Part shown: positions 6,636 through 11,673 of the stretch, piece by piece
Layout of the letters: every line of letters starts with the position of its first letter
How positions within the stretch are numbered: the stretch's first letter is position 1
Assembly (NCBI GenBank): GCA_046726415.1
Contig: JBKPAK010000345.1
Coordinates: 1-11,673, forward strand
Length of the DNA: 11,673 bases
Direction of reading: 5' to 3'
From: Candidatus Methylomirabilota bacterium
GTDB taxonomy: Bacteria; Methylomirabilota; Methylomirabilia; Rokubacteriales; CSP1-6
The notes under the pieces: generated by a model
Told to the model about the DNA's origin: nothing
The model's input: the letters and a program-made list of their open reading frames with translations, nothing else
Databases searched by the model: none
Program-made: the position numbers and the translations under genes

Positions 6636-7198
6636 TGCGACCTCACCCTTCCTTTCCCGTTCGACTCAAGCAGTTGGCGCAGGCGCGCGCGGGCGCGGTT
6701 CAGCCGCGAGCGCACCGTGCCAACCGGCAGCTCGAGCGCGTCGGCCACGCTCTGGTACGAGAGCTCCTCCCACACAAAGAGCAGGAGCGCCTCGCGCTCG
6801 CCGTCCGGCAGCGCCTCGATCGCGTCGGCCGCGCGCGAGAACAGCACGCGCGCGTCGAGCGCCGCGGTGCTCGCCCGTCGATCAGCCCCCTCGCGTCCCG
6901 CTGCCATCCGCGCGCTCGCTCGCAGCCGCCGCGCCTCGCCGCGCCGGTGCTTCAGCAACAGGTTCGAGCCGATTCCGTACAGCCACGGCAGGGCGCTCGC
7001 GCGCGACGCGTCGAAGGCCTTGCGCCGCTCGAAGGCGATGCGGAACACCTCGCCGACCAGACCCTCCGCGACTCGGGCGCCCGCCCGGCGGCCCAGGAAC
7101 CGCAGCAGGGTCGCCGCGTGGCGGTCGTAGATCAGCCCGAACGCCTCGGGCTCGCTCAGCGAGCGGCCGATCACCTCCGCGTCCGCCGGAGAGTCCAT
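6632..7198 (-). CDS. ECF (sigma-70 group 4) RNA polymerase sigma factor (188 aa)
   Basis: Region 2: AFGLIYDRHA...AEGLVGEVFRIAF...ALPWLYGIGSN. Region 4: LPDGEREALLLFVWEELSYQSVADALELPVGTVRSRLNRAR. Confidence 0.95.
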   Translation of the reverse strand: MDSPADAEVIGRSLSEPEAFGLIYDRHAATLLRFLGRRAGARVAEGLVGEVFRIAFERRKAFDASRASALPWLYGIGSNLLLKHRRGEARRLRASARMAAGREGADRRASTAALDARVLFSRAADAIEALPDGEREALLLFVWEELSYQSVADALELPVGTVRSRLNRARARLRQLLESNGKGRVRSQ

Positions 7199-7205
7199 CG
7201 CCTAC

Positions 7206-7231
7206 TCTTTCCCGATCGAGAGTCGTGGTTC
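7206..7231 (-). promoter_or_regulatory. Possible autoregulatory ECF promoter giving a leaderless sigma mRNA
   Basis: Minus strand GAACC-N16-AAAGA ends 7 nt before the sigma ATG; no strong RBS. GAAC is a common ECF -35 core. Inference only. Confidence 0.3.
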
Positions 7232-7313
7232 GCGGGGCGGCAGCAGATCTTTGCCGCGGCGGCCTCACGCGGTCATCGCCGGCTGACAGGCGGTTCGCCG
7301 ATGCAGCTAGCCC

Positions 7314-7433
7314 ATGGAGAAGAGCTTCTGGGCCTTCTTGCTGCGCGAGGACACCTGCCGTCCTCCCGCCAGTGCGCGGGGCTTCGGCCGCATCGACACC
7401 GACAAGCGCAACTTCAAGCTCACCATGCGCTGA
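7314..7433 (+). pseudogene. Short ORF or orphan 3' gene remnant (39 aa)
   Basis: MEKSFWAFLLREDTCRPPASARGFGRIDTDKRNFKLTMR*. The last 17 codons all end in C or G. Confidence 0.35.
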
Positions 7434-7497
7434 CCGGGCGAGAGTCACCGCGGAGCGCAGGTTGCCGTCGCGGGGGATTCCGCCCTGAACCGAACGG

Positions 7498-8379
7498 TCA
7501 GTCGCGCCCCAGCAACCGGCCGATGGCTTCGAGATCCGAGCGCCGGGCGCGGATGATCAGGGAATTCGTGCGACGGTCCGCCGAGATCACCGGCGGGCGG
7601 GCCAGCCCGGCTCCCAGGAAGATGTGGTTCAGGATACCGGCCACGTCGCCGGCATCTGCGTAGTGGAGGCGGAAAATGTGCAGCTCGTCCGCCGCGAGCT
7701 CCACGTCGAGCTGCCCGACGACCTCGGCGACCCTGGCGATGTTGGCAGCGGTGTCGGTGACGATGAGCACGTTGGCTGGCGGATGCGCAATGATGCTTCC
7801 CCGGCTCGACACCAGAGGGCGGAGGACAAGGGTCAGCATCGCCGCCGCGGCGAAGCGCGGGGCGAGGATCTGGGTCACGACCTGATCCGGCGGCAGGGAC
7901 GTACCGGCCGGCGGTTCGGCCGCTGCCCCCGGTCGGGGCGGGTCGATCAACGTCGGAATCGCCCGCTCGCGCGCCGTCTCGATCCGCACGATCTTGTAGA
8001 CGTTCCCCGCCCGCACCGCGGTGAACCCATGCACCTCGAGGACGGACAGGAAGATGGGAAACACGTCCTCGCTACGGATGGCGCCCCTCGTCCGGATCGT
8101 CACCTTGCCGCGGACATCGGGGGCCAAGGTGTAGCTGAACCCCACGATCTCACTCACGGCCCTCGTCACAGCCTCGATGTCCGCATCCTCGAAGAGCAGG
8201 GCGATCCCGCTCCCACGCGCCGCGGTGGACCCCGGTGGAGTGGCGATGGATGTTGAGGTCGGGTCGGCCGGCGCATCGGACCCCAGCGCCAGGATCGGGA
8301 AGGCGAACGCCGTCGGCGGCGGCGCGGCACAGCTCACGAGGAGCGCGAGGGCGATTGCGGTCGGGGGCATCCCGGGCAT
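7498..8379 (-). CDS. Secretin (GspD-like) N0-N1-N2-domain-only protein, predicted lipoprotein (293 aa)
   Basis: Lipobox-like LLVSC. N0: FEDADIEAV...PDVRGKVTI...FLSVLEVHG. N1: LRPLVSSRGSI...NVLIVTDTAANI. N2: IFRLHYADA...ADRRTNSLII. It stops before N3 and the secretin barrel. Confidence 0.88.
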   Translation of the reverse strand: MPGMPPTAIALALLVSCAAPPPTAFAFPILALGSDAPADPTSTSIATPPGSTAARGSGIALLFEDADIEAVTRAVSEIVGFSYTLAPDVRGKVTIRTRGAIRSEDVFPIFLSVLEVHGFTAVRAGNVYKIVRIETARERAIPTLIDPPRPGAAAEPPAGTSLPPDQVVTQILAPRFAAAAMLTLVLRPLVSSRGSIIAHPPANVLIVTDTAANIARVAEVVGQLDVELAADELHIFRLHYADAGDVAGILNHIFLGAGLARPPVISADRRTNSLIIRARRSDLEAIGRLLGRD

Positions 8380-8530
8380 CTACGGTCGCCTCGGTGCCCT
8401 TGTACCACACCCACGGGCGTCTTGCAGTCGTGCCGCCCGTGCAGCATCTGGCGACTCGATCGGGGCCTCGAGGTTGACGACCACTCCGGACGGTGGTCTC
8501 GTGGTCTCGTCGAACATCTCCCGCAGGAGA

Positions 8531-8566
8531 GCGTAGGCAACATGAACGCGTAGGCAACATGAACGC
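8531..8566. repeat. Perfect 17-bp tandem duplication
   Basis: GCGTAGGCAACATGAAC at 8531-8547 and 8548-8564, plus GC. Confidence 0.95.
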
Positions 8567-8800
8567 CCTCCGCCGCCCTCGCTCACCCACTGTTGGGCCC
8601 CGTCCCCATTGATGTCAGCCCCAGCGCCGAGCTAGGCACAGCGCCGCCCGCTGGAGCTCCCAGTAGGCACAGCTCCCCCTATCGAGGGGGCCCAGTGGGT
8701 CCGCCAGGGGGACGGCGGAAGCACCTTGGGCGTTGAGTGAGGCGGAGGGACGACCGTCTTCCCGAGCGACGCCAAGCGAACGTGCGGCTCAAGTAGCCCG

Positions 8801-8989
8801 CTACGCTTCGCGCCCGTTCGACGAGACTCGGAATCTGGATTCCTGAACCGCCTGGCACATCAGGCATCCAAGAGTCACCTGCCACTCGCGCCCTCGCCGA
8901 GATTCCAGGACCGTGTCCACGAGCGCGGCGCGCTCGTGGTGCTCTTCGCAGAGGGCCGTCATCCCCAGGAAGACAGGCCGATCAGCCAT
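8801..8989 (-). CDS. Small hypothetical, possibly metal-binding protein (62 aa)
   Basis: MADRPVFLGMTALCEEHH...WQVTLGCLMCQ has CxxHH and CxxC. The frame is open upstream to at least 9094, so the start is uncertain. Confidence 0.45.
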   Translation of the reverse strand: MADRPVFLGMTALCEEHHERAALVDTVLESRRGREWQVTLGCLMCQAVQESRFRVSSNGREA

Positions 8990-9135
8990 CAGAGCGCCGC
9001 GACGGATGACCCCACCCGAGGCTGTGAAGTCGCCGACTGTGTAGGGTGAGTTCTCGTATACCCTCAGCGGCTCGCCCGTGTCCTTGCGGAGCACGATCGG
9101 TGGGCCGCGTTCGACATGCTGAGGCGCGAGACCGC

Positions 9136-9315
9136 GTGACCGCCGCTGACTTGCTGAACGGCCCTGACCCGCTGGCCTTCTGGATCAGGCTCGACCTCAT
9201 CACCCGCCGCGTCGTCGGGCGGCGCATGAACCGTGGCGCGACACCCGAGAGCGACGAGATGCTCGACAGGCTCATAGTTTTGAGGACGCGGGTGGCGAGG
9301 AGGCTCGCGGACTGA
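9136..9315 (+). CDS. Small hypothetical protein (59 aa)
   Basis: GTG start after GAGG; MTAADLLNGPDPLAFWIRLDLITRRVVGRR...MLDRLIVLRTRVARRLAD*; GC3-rich codons. Confidence 0.45.
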   Translation: MTAADLLNGPDPLAFWIRLDLITRRVVGRRMNRGATPESDEMLDRLIVLRTRVARRLAD

Positions 9316-9325
9316 CATCTCCCGG

Positions 9326-9355
9326 TTGACGCACGAGGGCACGACCGAGGAGAAT
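9326..9355 (+). promoter_or_regulatory. Possible sigma-70 promoter of the hsd operon
   Basis: TTGACG-N18-GAGAAT. This would favour GTG 9366 as the hsdR start. Confidence 0.35.
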
Positions 9356-11012
9356 GCTTCTTCGAGTGAGCCCCTCCGAGACCGAGGCCGACACCTGTAG
9401 GAGGCTGGTCTTCCCACGGCTGCAGGGGAGCGGCCGGGACGAATCGAACTGGCGGGAGATCCTGACATACTTCGAGCCCGCCTACCAGCTCGGCATGACC
9501 GCCACACCGCTCCGCGACGACAACCGCGACACGTACCTCTATTTCGGCAATCCTATCTATCAGTACAGCCTTCGCCAGGGGATCGACGACGGCTTCCTCA
9601 CGCCCTACCGCGTCCACCGGGTCGTGACCGAGTGGGATGCTGCCGGCTGGCGGCCGGGCAAGAGCGACCTCGACCGCTACGGGCGTCCCATCCCCGACGA
9701 CGAGTACCAAACCAGGGACTTTGAGCGGGTCGTCGCCCTTCGCGCCCGCACCGGAGCCATCGCGAGGCACCTGACCGACTTCCTCGGTAGAACGGACCGA
9801 TTCGCCAAAACCATCGTGTTCTGCGTCGACCAGGAGCATGCGGACGAGATGCGGCGCTCCCTGAACAATCTCAACGCCGACCTCGTGCGCGACCATCCGA
9901 ACTACGTCTGTCGGGTCACAGCCGATGAGGGCGACGTTGGCCGTGGTCATCTTGGCCGCTTCCAGGACGTAGAGACCCGGACGCCGACCATCCTCACTAT
10001 CTCCCAGCTATTGACCACTGGCGTGGATGCCCCAACCTGCAAGAACGTCGTGCTTGCTCGCGTCGTCGGCTCCATGACGGACTTCAAGCAGATCATCGGC
10101 CGTGGCACGCGCGTGCGCGACGACTACGGCAAGCTGTGGTTCAACATCGTGGACTACACCGGCTCCGCGACACGCATGTTCGCCGACCCAGAGTTCGATG
10201 GTGACCCGGCCCTGCTCACCGAGGAGGAACTTGACGGCGGGCCACAGAAGGTCCTGAGGGAGGCGGAGGCTGCGGAGCCGCCTCCCGATCGCGAAGCTCA
10301 GCTCGTTGAGCCCCTGACGGACGAGCGCCGGAAGTTCTATTTCGATGGGGGCCAGGTCGAGATCGCTGCCCACCTCGTGTACGAGCTGGACCCCAGCGGC
10401 AAGCAACTCCGCGTGGTCCGTTACACCGAGTACGCGGCCGATAGCGTCCGAACGCTCTGCCCGTCGGCGCCCGAGCTACGCGCCAGGTGGGCTGACCCAA
10501 GCGAGCGGAACGAGATCATCGAACGTCTTACCGAACGGGGTGTGAGCTTCGAGGAGCTTGCTGATGCTACCGGCTCGCCAGAAGCCGACCCCTTCGAATT
10601 GCTCTGCCACCTCGCCTTCAACGCTCCCCTGCGAACTCGCCGCGAGCGAGCCCAGAGGCTGCGGGACGAACGCAAGGACTTCTTCGATAAGTACGGCCCC
10701 GAGGCCCGAGTGATCCTGGAGGAGCTGTTGGAAAAGTACGCTGAGCACGGTGCGGCCCAGTTCGTGATCCCCGACGTGCTGAGGGTCCCTCCGGTCTCCG
10801 CCCACGGCAACGTCGGTGAGATCATTCAGGTCTTCGGTGGTCCCGACCGGATCCGGAGTGCGGTGAGCGAGCTCCAGAGGCTCCCGTATGCCGCGTCAGA
10901 CTGCGACACCTGCCGTCGCTCGCACCACGGCTCAGTCGCTCGGAAGCCTGCTCAAGTCGGACCTCGACCGGTTGCCCCTGCTCACCTGGATCATGTTTCT
11001 CAAGTTCCTTGA
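9354..11012 (+). pseudogene. hsdR: Type I restriction enzyme R subunit (EcoAI/EcoEI-like) with a large in-frame deletion and C-terminal read-through
   Basis: N-terminus EADTCRRLVFPRLQ joins directly to GSGRDESNWREILTYF. Retains GMTATP, KTIVFCVDQEHA, LLTTGVDAPTC, FKQIIGRGTR and an EcoEI-R-like C-terminus. Lacks the nuclease domain, Walker A and the DExH box. Confidence 0.9.
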
Positions 11013-11433
11013 TGATCTGGAGCTGCAGCGTGAGCAGGAGGCTGCTCTCGCAGGCAAGAGGTTCCGGTGGGCCATCGAGGCGCCCTACCGCTGGCGCGAT
11101 TGGGCTGCCAGCCCACAGGGAGTTACCGGCGACGAGTTGCTGGCGTTCATCAGCCAGGACGAGTGCGTCCGCCCAGACGGGACGAAGGGGGCGGGCCTGT
11201 TCGCGTACCTGCGCCAGCTGACGAGCGCGAACGGCGACGACCGCCGTGACGTGATTGCCACGGTGTTTCGGGGTGTCGACAATCGAATGCGGAGTGGGTA
11301 CCTGTTGCGGGACGTGATCAACAAGGTGTCCGGTATCCACTTCACGTCAAGCGAAGAGCTGCACACCCTAGGCACCCTCTACGAATCCCTTCTGCGCGAG
11401 ATGCGCTACGCGGCTGGCCCTTTGTGCCAATGA
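10888..11433 (+). pseudogene. hsdM: Type I R-M methyltransferase subunit, N-terminal domain only
   Basis: LTWIMFLKFLDD, YRWRDWA, NRMRSGYLLRDVINKV, LGTLYESLLREMR are HsdM N-domain motifs. It breaks at about 11418, just before the expected GEFYTP motif, and stops inside the IS end. Confidence 0.9.
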
Positions 11434-11673
11434 TGGTGAGACACCGAGCTTCCCCCGAAATTACTGTAGAGGGCGGAGAGAGTGGGTGTCGCAGTCATGG
11501 CGACTACCAAGAAGGCGAAAGTCGTGCGGCGGGCGGGCCAGGCCGGCCAGGAGGAGAAAGCCGATGCTCCGAGCCCTGCGGTGGTGAGCGGCGCGGCGCC
11601 GCTGCGCGTAGTGCCCCCGCCGGTTGTCCCCGACCCCGAGGTCCGCGAGAGGGCGTCGCGGCGGCGGTTCACC
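11423..11673 (+). mobile_element. IS3-family insertion sequence, left end (continues beyond the window)
   Basis: TG-initiated end TGTGCCAATGATGGTGAGACAC where hsdM similarity stops, followed by an OrfA-like reading frame. Confidence 0.8.
11497..11673 (+). CDS. IS3-family transposase OrfA, 5' part
   Basis: MATTKKAKVVRR...VVPDPEVRERASRRRFT, open to the window end (not in the ORF track). PDPEV....RRRFT is typical just before the HTH_Tnp_1 helix. Confidence 0.8.
   Translation, partial: MATTKKAKVVRRAGQAGQEEKADAPSPAVVSGAAPLRVVPPPVVPDPEVRERASRRRFT

Noticed and set aside
6478..7663. Long plus-strand ORFs 6478-7488 and 6590-7663
   Set aside because: Arg/Pro/Ala-rich shadows opposite the sigma and VOC genes.
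7498..8379. Functional type II secretion system or gspD gene call
   Set aside because: No N3 or secretin barrel and no other gsp genes in the window.
8633..8680. Sigma-54 promoter at the GGCAC motifs
   Set aside because: No TTGC-like -12 element at the required spacing.
8982..9950. 322-aa minus-strand ORF
   Set aside because: Mostly antisense to hsdR.
9354..11433. Functional type I R-M or novel helicase defence system
   Set aside because: HsdR lacks nuclease and ATPase motifs I-II, HsdM lacks its catalytic domain, and no hsdS is seen; decay is the simpler explanation.

Overview
High-GC bacterial accessory region, a mosaic of intact genes and decayed fragments. Left to right: the 3' end of an O6-alkylguanine alkyltransferase (ogt-like) gene coupled to a small Ada-type Zn-domain gene; a 48-bp 3' half of tRNA-fMet (578-625, minus) with a terminator and matching CTGGGTRA repeat pairs on both sides (an attP-like site, no integrase in the window); a degraded double-zinc-ribbon gene start; a chimeric, frameshifted ORF; an intact secreted clan GH-A glycoside hydrolase with an extra C-terminal domain; an SCP2-type thiolase plus DUF35 OB-fold pair; a coupled operon of ECF sigma factor, VOC protein with an anti-sigma-like N-terminus, and truncated GNAT; a predicted lipoprotein made only of secretin (GspD) N-domains; small hypothetical ORFs; and a broken type I restriction-modification locus (hsdR with a large in-frame deletion, truncated hsdM) ending at an IS3-family element. 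No CRISPR array or rRNA is seen. Family assignments come from motif recognition only; no database search was run.
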